The notes: generated by a model not told the origin, from the letters alone. A DNA stretch of 64,000 bases from Gemmatimonadales bacterium (GCA_037189525.1 JBBCJC010000005.1:288001-352000), one strand, 5' to 3'. Numbered from the stretch's first letter, positions 18,193 to 27,638 are shown. Made by a program: numbers and translations.

Positions 18193-18665
18193 CAGGTCCC
18201 TCCCCGGGTTCCAGCGGTCGGCGTCAGCAGGCGCCGGCTCAGCATCGCCGCCCGCTCCTGCGGAAGCGATCCCAGCAATGCGGCGACCTGCTTGGCATTC
18301 AGTTGTCGCACGATCGTCTCGACCTCATCATCCGTCAGCTTCTCGATGATCTCGGCGGCCGCTTTGGGCTTCATCGTGATCAGGATCTTGGCCACCTCGC
18401 GCGCGCCTCGCGGATCGACCACGGGTTCGGTAACGGCCGGCACCGCAACCGCCGAACGCGCCGAATCGGGTCGGGTCAGCAGCGCGGCCACCTGAACGGC
18501 GCTCGCGGAATCATTGCTTGCCACCACGGCCCGCGGCCGGACGCTGTCGATCAGCGAATCGGCGACGACAGCCGGGCGCTCCGGCGCAACGAAGATCGAA
18601 AACCAGGTCGCTCCGGCAATCGCCATCAGGAACGCGAACAGCGCCAGGATCAGGTTCTGCTTCAT
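18192..18665 (-). CDS. MotE/FlbB-like protein (MgtE N-terminal-like domain)
   Basis: N-terminal TM, then AKILITMKPKAAAEIIEKL...KQVAALLGSLPQERAAML; typical fliJ-[motE]-fliK position. Confidence 0.75.
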   Translation of the reverse strand: MKQNLILALFAFLMAIAGATWFSIFVAPERPAVVADSLIDSVRPRAVVASNDSASAVQVAALLTRPDSARSAVAVPAVTEPVVDPRGAREVAKILITMKPKAAAEIIEKLTDDEVETIVRQLNAKQVAALLGSLPQERAAMLSRRLLTPTAGTRGGT

Positions 18666-19108
18666 GACGGCGCACTCCCCCGGCTCCGCCCGGCAATCTC
18701 ATCCATCGTCTTCTGCTCGTCCCGATCGACCTCGCCCAGCCAGGTTGCGCGCTGATTCTCTTTGAGGCGTTCGAGGGTCTTTCGCTCCCGCCGCGCTTCG
18801 GCCAAACGATCCCGCTCGACATCGGCGCGCCGGCGCGCTTCATCGCGCTCCTGCTCGGCCTGTTCGAGTTGATTGGCGGCCGCCAAGCCTGTCAGCTGAA
18901 GTGCCCGCAGCATCCCGGCATTCGTGACCTGTCCCACGGGCGGCTGCAAACGACCCGACATCTCCGCCAGATACGATTCCTGCTCGCGGCAAAGCCCTTC
19001 CATCTCCGCTTCCGCGCGCGCCGCCTCGCCCAATGCAACGGCCTGACGCTGTTCGGCGTCTCCGCGGAGCCGAAGCAACCGCTCGAGCCGGAACGAGAAG
19101 GCTTTCAT
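18662..19108 (-). CDS. fliJ: Flagellar export protein FliJ
   Basis: FSFRLERLLRLR...ARRERKTLERLKE...EQKTMDEIA. Confidence 0.9.
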   Translation of the reverse strand: MKAFSFRLERLLRLRGDAEQRQAVALGEAARAEAEMEGLCREQESYLAEMSGRLQPPVGQVTNAGMLRALQLTGLAAANQLEQAEQERDEARRRADVERDRLAEARRERKTLERLKENQRATWLGEVDRDEQKTMDEIAGRSRGSAPS

Positions 19109-20445
19109 CGCGCCCCTCCGGCGGCCGGCTTGGCGCGGGCGGCAAGCTGACGCACCTGCTGCCGCGTGTCGTTCAGGGTGCCGCCTTCATCCGGTCGCTG
19201 CCGCAGGATCCGGAGCAGGTCCGGTCGAATCCCGATGGCGGTATCGAGCTGCTTGTCGGTACCGGTCTTGTACGCACCGACCGTGATCAGGTCTTCCTGG
19301 GTACGGTAGGTCGCTTCGAGCGCCATCAGTCCGTTGGCTGCATCGAGATCTTCCCGCGGCGTCACCTGGTCGCGCACGCGGCTGACACTGTCGAGTACGT
19401 CGATGGCCGGGAAATGCTTCTGCTGCGCAAGTTTGCGCGAAAGAACGATGTGCCCGTCCAGAATCGACCGGGCCGAGTCGGCTACGGGTTCGTTGAAGTC
19501 GTCGCCTTCGACCAGGACGGTGTAGAGTCCGGTAATCGAACCGTGTTTGCCAGTACCAGCGCGTTCGAGCAGGCGCGGCAACGCTGCAAACACCGAAGGG
19601 GGATATCCCTTGGTCGCGGGCGGCTCACCAACCGACAAGCCCACTTCGCGCCACGCCATGGCCACGCGAGTCACCGAGTCCATCATCAACAGGACATCTT
19701 TGCCCTGATCGCGGAAGTACTCGGCAACGGCGGTCGCCACCAGCGCACCGGTGGCGCGCACTACGGCGGCCTGGTCGCTCGTGGCAACGACGACGACACT
19801 TCGCTTAAGCCCTTCGGGGCCCAGGTCGCGCTCGATGAACTCGCGGACCTCGCGGCCGCGTTCGCCCAACAGGGCAATCACGTTCACGTCGGCCGAGGTC
19901 TGCCTGGCAATCATGCCGAGGGTGACGCTTTTGCCGACGCCGCTACCGGCCATGATGCCGATACGCTGGCCGCGTCCCACGGTCAGAAATCCGTCGATGG
20001 CGCGCACACCGGTAGCGAGCGGCGTCGTGATCCGGCCCCGCTCCAGCGGATGCGGTGGATCAGCATTGAGCGGGTATCGCATCGTCAAGCCGATCGGGCG
20101 ATCCGAATCGATCGGGCGGCCCAGCCCATTGAGCACCCGGCCGATTAGCCCATCACCGACCTCGGCGTAGAGCGAGCGACCGAGCGGGACGACTTCATCG
20201 CCGGGGTGGATCCCGTCGAGATCGCCGAGCGGCATCAGCATCACGCCGCGGTCATGAAAGCCGACGACCTGCGCCAGCACACCGGCGTTGGCGCCGATCA
20301 CGATGCGGCACACTTCGCCGACGGCCACCTCGATCGAGGTGCCTTCGACGATCTGCCCGATCACCCGGGTTACCCGTCCGTGGACGGCAAACCGGGGCGT
20401 CTGGGCCAGTAGGTGGCCGAAATCAGTCGCCAATGATGCGTTCAT
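19105..20445 (-). CDS. fliI: Flagellum-specific ATPase FliI
   Basis: GRGQRIGIMAGSGVGKS, LLGERGREVREF, MDSVTR, GEPPATKGYPPS. Confidence 0.97.
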   Translation of the reverse strand: MNASLATDFGHLLAQTPRFAVHGRVTRVIGQIVEGTSIEVAVGEVCRIVIGANAGVLAQVVGFHDRGVMLMPLGDLDGIHPGDEVVPLGRSLYAEVGDGLIGRVLNGLGRPIDSDRPIGLTMRYPLNADPPHPLERGRITTPLATGVRAIDGFLTVGRGQRIGIMAGSGVGKSVTLGMIARQTSADVNVIALLGERGREVREFIERDLGPEGLKRSVVVVATSDQAAVVRATGALVATAVAEYFRDQGKDVLLMMDSVTRVAMAWREVGLSVGEPPATKGYPPSVFAALPRLLERAGTGKHGSITGLYTVLVEGDDFNEPVADSARSILDGHIVLSRKLAQQKHFPAIDVLDSVSRVRDQVTPREDLDAANGLMALEATYRTQEDLITVGAYKTGTDKQLDTAIGIRPDLLRILRQRPDEGGTLNDTRQQVRQLAARAKPAAGGAR

Positions 20446-21052
20446 AGAGCGCCCGCAGGGCGGTATCGACCCGGCCGTCGATGATGCGTTCGGGACTGAT
20501 CAGGTGAAAACTGCCTCGTTCGAGCGTGGCGTCGGCCACCCAGTGCACCGGCAATGCGCGGCCATCGGGCTCGGTAAACTCGAGCGTCGTGCCCAGTTGT
20601 TCGATGTCGGTCGGGTTGGCGTGGATCTCGACGGGCGATCCGGCCGGCAACAGCGTCACTGCGCGCCGAATCATCGGTTCGACCACGGAAGGGTCGGCGG
20701 TGACTTCACGCTGCAGCAGCCAGCGCGCCGCGACCAGGGCAATCGCCACACCATTGTGCTCGGCGCGCCGGGTGGCGGCTTCGATCTCCCGGCCAAGTTC
20801 GGCCAGCAAGCGGTTCAACGTTTCCCGGCCAGGCGCCAGCTCGGCACGGGCGTGAGCCAGACCGGCGGCGAACCCTTCGTCGAATCGCTGCGCGCGGCTT
20901 TCCGCCACCGGATCGACGATCGGCTCTTCCGCCGCGATGTCTTCCGGCACGTTCTGCAGTTCCGATCCGAGATCGGGCAAGCCCCACTGTACCGGGCTCG
21001 GCGCCGCCTCGGCCACGGCCCAGGTGCGGGCGATCGGCTCAGAGGATGACAT
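20423..21052 (-). CDS. fliH: Flagellar assembly protein FliH
   Basis: GxxxG repeat (FDEGFAAG), VEIHANPTD, DATLERGS...IIDG; between fliG and fliI. ATG 21052 preferred over GTG 21064. Confidence 0.88.
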   Translation of the reverse strand: MSSSEPIARTWAVAEAAPSPVQWGLPDLGSELQNVPEDIAAEEPIVDPVAESRAQRFDEGFAAGLAHARAELAPGRETLNRLLAELGREIEAATRRAEHNGVAIALVAARWLLQREVTADPSVVEPMIRRAVTLLPAGSPVEIHANPTDIEQLGTTLEFTEPDGRALPVHWVADATLERGSFHLISPERIIDGRVDTALRALYERIIGD

Positions 21053-22079
21053 CGTCGTCTCCACCGCGACCGCTGATCATGATCTCGCCCTGGTCCTCGA
21101 GCGAGCGCATCACCTCGATGATCCGGGTATGCGCACCTTCCACGTCGCGAACCTTTACCGGCCCCAGGAACTCGAGCTCCTCCTTGAGAGCCGCCGACGC
21201 CCGCTCCGACATGTTGGCAAAGATGTGTTCCTTGAGCTCGTCGCTGGCCGCCTTGAGCGCCAGGGCGAGTTCCTTGCCGTCGATTTCGCGCAGCAGCCGC
21301 TGCATGGCGCGGCCGTCGAGCAGGCGAAGATCTTCGAAGACGAACATCAGGTTCTTGATCTGCGACGCCATGTCGGCATTGCGCGACCCGATGCCCTCCA
21401 GCAACACTTTTTCCAGCGTGCTGCCGGTGAGGTTGAGCACCTTGGCCACCGCGGACGGTCCACCCGACGTGGTCATTTCCTGATTGAGACTCAGATCGGT
21501 TTTGTTGGCAAGTCCGGTTTCGACCAGCGCCAGAATTTCCGGCGCGATCTTGTCCATCCGGGCAATCCGATAGAGCACATCGGCCGCGAGGTCGGGCTCC
21601 ATCGTGCTGATGACATTGACCGACTGCCGCGCATCGAGGTGGGCCAGAATCAGTGCGATCGTCTGCGGGTGTTCGCCGCGTAGGACGCTCATCAGCAGTT
21701 CGGGCGCGACCTTCCGGAGGCGCTTGAGCCCGGTATCGGTGATCTGTTCCTGGATCTTGTCGATAATGGCCTTGGCGCGCTGCGGGCCGATCGCCTTTTC
21801 GAGCAATTCCTGCGCAACGACGAGGCCGCCTTGCGCCGCTGCATCGGCCGCCTGGAAGACGCCGCGAAACTCGCCCAGGACCAGCTCGACCTCGCTCGGC
21901 TCGACCGACGTGGTCAGTGCGATCTCACGAGTCAGCTCCTCGACCTCGAACGGGGAGAGCTGGCGGAGAATATCTGCCGCGGCCTCTTTGCCAAGCGTCA
22001 AACAGAGGACGGCAGCCTTGCGAACCCCGGTCGCCGCGAGGCTCGGCGTATCACGCCGTGACGCGAGCGCCGTGCTCAT
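21039..22079 (-). CDS. fliG: Flagellar motor switch protein FliG
   Basis: GVRKAAVL, EHPQTIALIL, MFVFEDL, NMSERAS, GPVKVRDVE. Confidence 0.97.
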   Translation of the reverse strand: MSTALASRRDTPSLAATGVRKAAVLCLTLGKEAAADILRQLSPFEVEELTREIALTTSVEPSEVELVLGEFRGVFQAADAAAQGGLVVAQELLEKAIGPQRAKAIIDKIQEQITDTGLKRLRKVAPELLMSVLRGEHPQTIALILAHLDARQSVNVISTMEPDLAADVLYRIARMDKIAPEILALVETGLANKTDLSLNQEMTTSGGPSAVAKVLNLTGSTLEKVLLEGIGSRNADMASQIKNLMFVFEDLRLLDGRAMQRLLREIDGKELALALKAASDELKEHIFANMSERASAALKEELEFLGPVKVRDVEGAHTRIIEVMRSLEDQGEIMISGRGGDDDVIL

Positions 22080-22107
22080 CGCATCGCCTCAATCCGATCG
22101 GTGCGCA

Positions 22108-23595
22108 TCAGGACTTCCCTTCCGCCATCCACGCCCGGACCACCTGTGCCATCAACTCGGGACGGGTGCTCGTCTCCTCGACGACTCGATTCTTGAGCAG
22201 GACCGCCTCGGGCGTCGGCCCGAGTGGCGGTACCACCGGCTCGCTGACCGGCTGCTCCAAACCGCGCTGCGCCACGGCTGCTGCCCGCGGGGGCTGCAGC
22301 GCCTTGATAGTCCGCATCGCCACGATGAGGAGCGCGATGATCGCAAACAAACCGATGGCCGGACGGCTGAACCGTTCGAGCAGGCCGATCACGTCTCGCG
22401 GCGGCGGCGGGGTCTCTGCCGGTACCGCCGCCACTTCGAACGGCACGGCGCGTACGGTGATACGATCGCCCCGCGCGCTGTCGAACCCGACGGCATTCTT
22501 GACCAGCGCTTCGACGTTGCCGAGCCGCTCCGGAATCGGCGTCCGAGTAACGGTATCGCCGTTGATGGCGCGTTCGTCGACCAACACCGATACGGTCAGC
22601 CGAGTCAGCCCGCCGCCCGCCGTCAGGATACGCTCCATCCGGCGCGAGTTCTGATAGGTGTTGTTGACGATGGTCTGCGCGCCGCCGCCTTCGGCGGTCG
22701 CTTCGGTCTCGCTCCGACCTTCGGCGGCGAGCACCTGTCCATCGGGATCGAACGACTCGATGGTCCGTTCGACCTGATCGAAGTTGAGATCGGCGCCGAC
22801 CTGGATTCGCGGGCGTCCCAGTCCGGCCACGGTCTCGAGCAATCGCTCGGCCTTGCCCGCCAGGTAGGTTTCGAGTCCCTGGCGCATCTCGATGCGCTTG
22901 CCGGCGCCGATCCCGCCCACGGATAACTCTTCGGCAGCTCCGGAGAGGAGCCGGCCCGACTCGTCGGTCACCACGACGTTTTCCGGCGAGAGACGATCGA
23001 CACTGTTGCTGACGGTGGCAATGATGCCCTGCACCGCGCCGGGTGCCAGCAGCATCCCCGAGCGCATCCGCAACCGGACCGCCGCTTTGGCCGGCCGATC
23101 GGTGCGACGAAGAGCGGTCGGCTCAGGAATCGTCAGGTGAACATCGGCGCGCTCGACGCCGGTCGTATTACCGATGCTCTGCGCCAGCTCGCCTTCCAGA
23201 GCGCGCTGATAGGTGACCCGCTGAATGAAGTCGGTGGTGCCCCAAATGTTCTGCTGATCGAGCAGCTTGAAGCCGGGACGCCCCCCCTGCGGCAGATCGG
23301 ACTTCGCGAGCAGCACCCGCGCGCGCGCGTAATCTTCCTTCGACACCATGACCTCGGAGCCCGCGGCGCCCAGCTTGTTGCGGATGCCCGCTTTGTCGAG
23401 TGCTTCGGTCATCTGGGCCGCCTCACCCAAACCGACGCCCTCGTACAGCGAGACCCAGGCCGGTTCCGACGCCCAGATACCGACGCCGATGACCGCTGCC
23501 AGGACGACGGCAAGGCCGCCCACCAACAGCATCCGGCGAGGAGCGGGCATACGCTGCACGGCGCCGCTGACTTGATGTACCAGATCGTTGGCCAT
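22108..23595 (-). CDS. fliF: Flagellar M-ring protein FliF
   Basis: YQRALEGELAQSI...ADVHLTIPE...AKAAV; AVGFDSARGDRITV; two TM segments. Confidence 0.95.
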   Translation of the reverse strand: MANDLVHQVSGAVQRMPAPRRMLLVGGLAVVLAAVIGVGIWASEPAWVSLYEGVGLGEAAQMTEALDKAGIRNKLGAAGSEVMVSKEDYARARVLLAKSDLPQGGRPGFKLLDQQNIWGTTDFIQRVTYQRALEGELAQSIGNTTGVERADVHLTIPEPTALRRTDRPAKAAVRLRMRSGMLLAPGAVQGIIATVSNSVDRLSPENVVVTDESGRLLSGAAEELSVGGIGAGKRIEMRQGLETYLAGKAERLLETVAGLGRPRIQVGADLNFDQVERTIESFDPDGQVLAAEGRSETEATAEGGGAQTIVNNTYQNSRRMERILTAGGGLTRLTVSVLVDERAINGDTVTRTPIPERLGNVEALVKNAVGFDSARGDRITVRAVPFEVAAVPAETPPPPRDVIGLLERFSRPAIGLFAIIALLIVAMRTIKALQPPRAAAVAQRGLEQPVSEPVVPPLGPTPEAVLLKNRVVEETSTRPELMAQVVRAWMAEGKS

Positions 23596-23909
23596 TAGAC
23601 CTGCATGTTCATGATGGTCCGGTACGCCTCAGACAGCTTGTTGCGTACTTCGACCAGAAGTTCGAGAGAAATGGCCGCTTCTTCGCTGGCAGCCATGACC
23701 TGATGCAGTTCGACCGGCTCGCCGCGCAGGAACGCGTTGATCACGTCCTTGGCGTCGTTCTCCATCGCCGACGTGTCGTTGAGGGCGCGGGTAAAGAGAT
23801 CGCTGAACGAAGGTCCGTTGTCGTTGAGCGGGATCCCGCCGTCGAGCGGAAACCCTCCCCCGGCCCGCTCGATGGGGCTGATCACGCGTGGTCCGATCGG
23901 CGCCGTCAT
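23595..23909 (-). CDS. fliE: Flagellar hook-basal body protein FliE
   Basis: ELHQVMAASEEAAISLELLVEVRNKLSEAYRTIMNMQV. Confidence 0.96.
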   Translation of the reverse strand: MTAPIGPRVISPIERAGGGFPLDGGIPLNDNGPSFSDLFTRALNDTSAMENDAKDVINAFLRGEPVELHQVMAASEEAAISLELLVEVRNKLSEAYRTIMNMQV

Positions 23910-23911
23910 GA

Positions 23912-24139
23912 TCAGGCCCGCACGTCGATGCGCTGACCCAGCGCAGCCGGCGAGGTCGCCGATTCCGTCTTCGCGCCACGGCCGTAGGTCACCGGACCCA
24001 TCAGCTCGAGTTCGGCGAAGTAGTTCCGCTCTTCCTGCGACAGCACCCGGGCCGTATCGACCGGTGTCGTCGTCTGCGACCGCTGAACCGGGGTCCGCGA
24101 GATCAGTTCGGGCTGGTAACCAAGACCATCAATGCGCAT
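23912..24139 (-). CDS. Small hypothetical protein in the flgBC-fliE operon
   Basis: 75-aa ORF filling the flgC-fliE gap on the operon strand; ends LGQRIDVRA. Confidence 0.65.
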   Translation of the reverse strand: MRIDGLGYQPELISRTPVQRSQTTTPVDTARVLSQEERNYFAELELMGPVTYGRGAKTESATSPAALGQRIDVRA

Positions 24140-24159
24140 GAGAGAATCCGTAGGGGATG

Positions 24160-24585
24160 TCAGATATCGATGGCGCGGCGGAGCATCTGCTTCGCCGTCT
24201 GAAACGCGGAGAGGTTGGCCTCATGGAGACGTCGGGCCAGCATCATGTCAACCATTTCCGCGTTCATGTCGACGTTGGGATAGAAGACGTTGCCGTTTTC
24301 GTCCGCATCGGGATGCGCCGGATCGTGAACCACCCGGCCTTCGCGGTTGTCTTCGACGACCCGCAGCGAGATCTCGCCGGTGCGCGGGTCGCGATTCGCC
24401 ACCGCCACCTGCCGCTTGTACGCGCCGCCTTCGGCCGTCCGCGTGGTTTCGGCGTTGCTGATGTTCTCGGCGATGATATCGAGAAACTTCTGCTGCGTAG
24501 CCATGCCCTGCGCGCTGGTGGCCAGCGAGCGCATGAACTGCCGCACCGGACGCGGCGTGACCGGAAAGTTCGAGAACTCAGCCAC
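24160..24585 (-). CDS. flgC: Flagellar rod protein FlgC
   Basis: IAENISNAETTRTAEGGAYKRQ...HDPAHPDADENGNVFYPNVDMNAEMVDM; GTG 24585 overlaps the flgB 3' end (alternative ATG 24534). Confidence 0.94.
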   Translation of the reverse strand: MAEFSNFPVTPRPVRQFMRSLATSAQGMATQQKFLDIIAENISNAETTRTAEGGAYKRQVAVANRDPRTGEISLRVVEDNREGRVVHDPAHPDADENGNVFYPNVDMNAEMVDMMLARRLHEANLSAFQTAKQMLRRAIDI

Positions 24586-24880
24586 GTCCGCCGCCGATCG
24601 CGGACCGGAGCCGCTGATACGCTTCGCGCAGCAACTGCGCATCGGCTTCGTACCGGATCTGGGTGTCGGCGAGCGATGCCATCTCCCGCTGGATATCGGC
24701 TTCGGTCTGCGCGGCCTTGGCCATCGCAGCCTGCGACGCATCGGTAAAGGCCGTCGTCGTGCTGGCCAGGAGCGCCTCCGACACGCGACGCCCGATCCCG
24801 CGCTGGGTGGCGCTTGCTTCCTCGAGCCCGCCGCGCAATTGCGCAGTGAGTGACGAATTATCGAAAAGTCCTCGGATCAT
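24578..24880 (-). CDS. flgB: Divergent flagellar rod protein FlgB
   Basis: First gene of the operon, before flgC; C-terminal ADIQREMASLADTQIRYEA...LRSAI is the FlgB tail; the N-terminal xNIAN motif is absent. Confidence 0.7.
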   Translation of the reverse strand: MIRGLFDNSSLTAQLRGGLEEASATQRGIGRRVSEALLASTTTAFTDASQAAMAKAAQTEADIQREMASLADTQIRYEADAQLLREAYQRLRSAIGGGRG

Positions 24881-24926
24881 CGTTCCGGCCCTCGTTGTCG
24901 ACGAAATCCTGCCGACCCGACTCCGG

Positions 24927-24941
24927 GCAAGCCGCATACCG
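24927..24941 (-). promoter_or_regulatory. sigma54 promoter of the flgB-flgE operon
   Basis: Minus strand CGGTAT-GCGGC-TTGC (GG-N10-GC); IHF-like CGACAACGACTTA at 24992-25004. Confidence 0.75.
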
Positions 24942-25073
24942 AGGAACGCAAAGGGGCATCCAGAGCCAGATCTTGCGAGCAAGCTCTTTTACGACAACGA
25001 CTTAACCGCCATGCAAAGAATGGCACCCCAACGCCGATAATTTGCGCGCCGGGGTTAGGCGGGAAGATTCGAC

Positions 25074-25088
25074 CGGCAGCAAATGCCG
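25074..25088. promoter_or_regulatory. Enhancer-like palindrome (bEBP UAS) for the flgB promoter
   Basis: CGGCAGCAAATGCCG (CGGCA-N5-TGCCG), about 135-147 bp upstream of the -24 box. Confidence 0.55.
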
Positions 25089-25097
25089 CCGGGTCGT

Positions 25098-26519
25098 TCA
25101 ACGAGGAGTGGTCTGCTTGGGAGAGTTGAGCTTGTTCCGGAGGGTGCGCTCGCTGATACCGAGCAGCTTGGCGGCCCGAGTCCGGTTGCCGCCGGTCACC
25201 ACCAGCGCCCGCTGGATGGTGGCTGCCTCGAGCTCTTCGAGATCCAGGCTGTCCGGCATGCTCGGCAGGACAGCTGGCTGAGTACCTTCGGCACTGGCCG
25301 ACGCCGGCACGGCGACCGGCGTCGTTCTGGGCAGCGGCGTCCGCGACGGCGTGCTGACCGCGTCGTCGATGAAGGCCTCGGCCTTGAGCATCCCGCCCCG
25401 CGACAGGATCACGGCGCGTTCGACCGCATTGGAAAGTTCGCGGATGTTCCCGGGCCAGCCCCGCTGCTGCAGTACCGCAATGGCTTCGGGGGCAACGCCC
25501 GTGACCTCGACCCCAAGTTGCTGCGCAGCCCGCTGGACGAAATGATGCACCAGGACCGGGATATCCTCGAGCCGGTCGCGGAGCGGCGGCATGTGCATCG
25601 GCACGACGTTGAGACGATAGTATAGATCCTGCCGAAATTTCCCGGCTTCGGCCTCGGCGCGGAGGTCCCGGTTCGTGGTGGCGATGAGCCGGACATCGAC
25701 CCGGATCGACTGATGCCCCCCCACCCGTTCGAACTCCTGCTCCTGGATGACCCGAAGCAGTTTGGCCTGGAGATCGAGCCGCATCTCCGAAATTTCGTCG
25801 AGCAGGAGCGTCCCGCCGTGGGCCCGCTCGAAGGCGCCCTGGGTCCGCGCGGTCGCCCCGGTAAAGGCGCCCTTTTCATGCCCGAAGATAGCGCTCTCGA
25901 CCAGCCCCTCCGGCATGGCCGCGCAGTTGATCGTGATGAAAGGCCGATCCCGCCGCTGGCTCTGTTCGTGGATCGCGCGGGCCACCAATTCTTTACCGGT
26001 CCCCGATTCGCCCTGGATCAGCACCGTCGCGCGGGTGGGAGCAACCGTGCCGACGACCTCGAGCACCCGTCGAACCGCCTGGCCATCGCCCAGGATCTGA
26101 CGGCGCCCGCGCAGGCCCGACAACTCCTGACGGAAGGTTTCGTTCTCTTTACGGAGACGAATCACCTCGAGCGCTTGCGTCACCGCGATGCGCAGCGTTT
26201 CCTGACGAACCGGCTTGGTGAGATAATCGATGGCGCCGCTCCGCAGCGACATCACCGCGTGTTCCACCGAGGAGTATCCGGTCATGATGATGACCGGGAT
26301 CTGATGCCCTTCCTTCTCCAGCTGCGACAACAGGTCGAGGCCGGTTGCGCTGGGCATCCGATAATCAGAGATGATGAGTTCGAACTGCTGCCGGCCCACG
26401 GCCTTCATCGCTTCGTCGACGCTGGTGGCCAGCACCGGGGTGTGACCTAATTTCGTCAGCGCCGCCTCGAGCACGACGCCGACTGACGGCTCATCATCGA
26501 CGCACAGGATGGTAGCCAA
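25098..26519 (-). CDS. sigma54-dependent response regulator (NtrC family; probable flagellar activator, FleR/FlrC/FlgR-like)
   Basis: REC domain (VDDE, ISDYRMP), AAA+ GESGTGKE, GAFTGA, Fis-type HTH (GGNRTRAAKLLGISERTLRNKL); TTG start with GGAGG RBS. Confidence 0.93.
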   Translation of the reverse strand: MATILCVDDEPSVGVVLEAALTKLGHTPVLATSVDEAMKAVGRQQFELIISDYRMPSATGLDLLSQLEKEGHQIPVIIMTGYSSVEHAVMSLRSGAIDYLTKPVRQETLRIAVTQALEVIRLRKENETFRQELSGLRGRRQILGDGQAVRRVLEVVGTVAPTRATVLIQGESGTGKELVARAIHEQSQRRDRPFITINCAAMPEGLVESAIFGHEKGAFTGATARTQGAFERAHGGTLLLDEISEMRLDLQAKLLRVIQEQEFERVGGHQSIRVDVRLIATTNRDLRAEAEAGKFRQDLYYRLNVVPMHMPPLRDRLEDIPVLVHHFVQRAAQQLGVEVTGVAPEAIAVLQQRGWPGNIRELSNAVERAVILSRGGMLKAEAFIDDAVSTPSRTPLPRTTPVAVPASASAEGTQPAVLPSMPDSLDLEELEAATIQRALVVTGGNRTRAAKLLGISERTLRNKLNSPKQTTPR

Positions 26520-26538
26520 TGCCCCTCCCAGGTGTGGC

Positions 26539-26566
26539 TCAAGGTTTGCAGCGTTCGGGCCGATAC
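26539..26566 (+). promoter_or_regulatory. sigma28 promoter of flgL
   Basis: TCAA-N16-GCCGATAC. Confidence 0.75.
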
Positions 26567-26618
26567 TCGAATATAGTTAGTCCGCCCGAGGCGGGTCCAT
26601 CGGCCAGGAGCAAAGTTC

Positions 26619-27524
26619 GTGAGGATAACCAGCCTGGGGCAACGGGATCAGATGCTCCGCGACCTGCAAGGTAACTTGGCGCGGCTGGCCGAGTTACAGC
26701 ACCAGGTGGCGACCGAGAAGCGGTTCGACCGGGTCGAACAGGACCCCCTGGGGACCGCCCAGCTGCTTCGGGCCCAGCGCGATACCAAGGCCATCGACCA
26801 ATACACCAAGAACGGGACGAATGCCCAGCTCCGCCTCGGTGCAGAAGAGGCGGTTTTGAAGCAGGTCGACGATCTGCTCCGCGAGGCGCGCGATTTTGCG
26901 CTCAGCTTTACCCGGGGCGATCCTCCCTATACCGCCGACCAGACAGCCCAGCGCCAGACCGCGATGGAACACGTCGACCGCCTGCTCGCGAGCGCGGTGT
27001 CGCTCGGTAACACCCGGATCGGTAACGAGTATATCCTGGCGGGCGGCCAGTCGCTGACGCCCCCCTTCGACGCCACTGCTGGCGCCACCTTGGGCGACTA
27101 CCAGGGCGACACCACCAAGCGTAAAGTCGAGATTGCCCAGGGCGTCCTGATTACGCCCAATCATACCGGTGACGAGTACCTGGCCCCCGCCCTCCTGGCG
27201 CTCCGGGAACTCCGCGATGCCATCGACCCGGCCAACGGCCAGACCGAGGCTCAGGTCGATGCCCGCGTCGCCGCGGTGTTCGACGCCAGCCAGGCCCTGC
27301 AGGTTTCCCGCGCCGAGACGGCCACGACCGGCAATCACGTCGCGGCAACGCTGGCCAACAACGCCGCCGTCAAGCGCGACCTGGTGAACATTCAGTCGGC
27401 GATTCAGAAGATTCCGCTCGAGGAGTCGATTGCCTCGATCCTCTCGCTGCAGACGACGCTCCAGGCCTCCTATTCGGCCACCAGCCGCCTGATCAACCTG
27501 AGCCTGACCGACTACCTGCGGTAA
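26619..27524 (+). CDS. flgL: Flagellar hook-filament junction protein FlgL
   Basis: MRIT...LQHQVATEKRFDRVEQDP...GNTRIGNEYILAGG...YQGD...LQASYSATSRLINLSLTDYLR. Confidence 0.92.
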   Translation: MRITSLGQRDQMLRDLQGNLARLAELQHQVATEKRFDRVEQDPLGTAQLLRAQRDTKAIDQYTKNGTNAQLRLGAEEAVLKQVDDLLREARDFALSFTRGDPPYTADQTAQRQTAMEHVDRLLASAVSLGNTRIGNEYILAGGQSLTPPFDATAGATLGDYQGDTTKRKVEIAQGVLITPNHTGDEYLAPALLALRELRDAIDPANGQTEAQVDARVAAVFDASQALQVSRAETATTGNHVAATLANNAAVKRDLVNIQSAIQKIPLEESIASILSLQTTLQASYSATSRLINLSLTDYLR

Positions 27525-27569
27525 GGCCGCGCGCCACCGCAGCCATCGACTGGCTGGAATGTTAGCTGG

Positions 27570-27606
27570 AAAAGACGACGCCGCCCCGACTCGGGGCGGC
27601 GTTTTC
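27570..27606. terminator. Intrinsic terminator (probably bidirectional) between convergent flgL and flaF
   Basis: AAAAGACG-ACGCCGCCCCGA-C-TCGGGGCGGCGT-TTTC. Confidence 0.75.
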
Positions 27607-27638
27607 GTTGCAGCCTACGACGGTGAATGACCTGAGGC

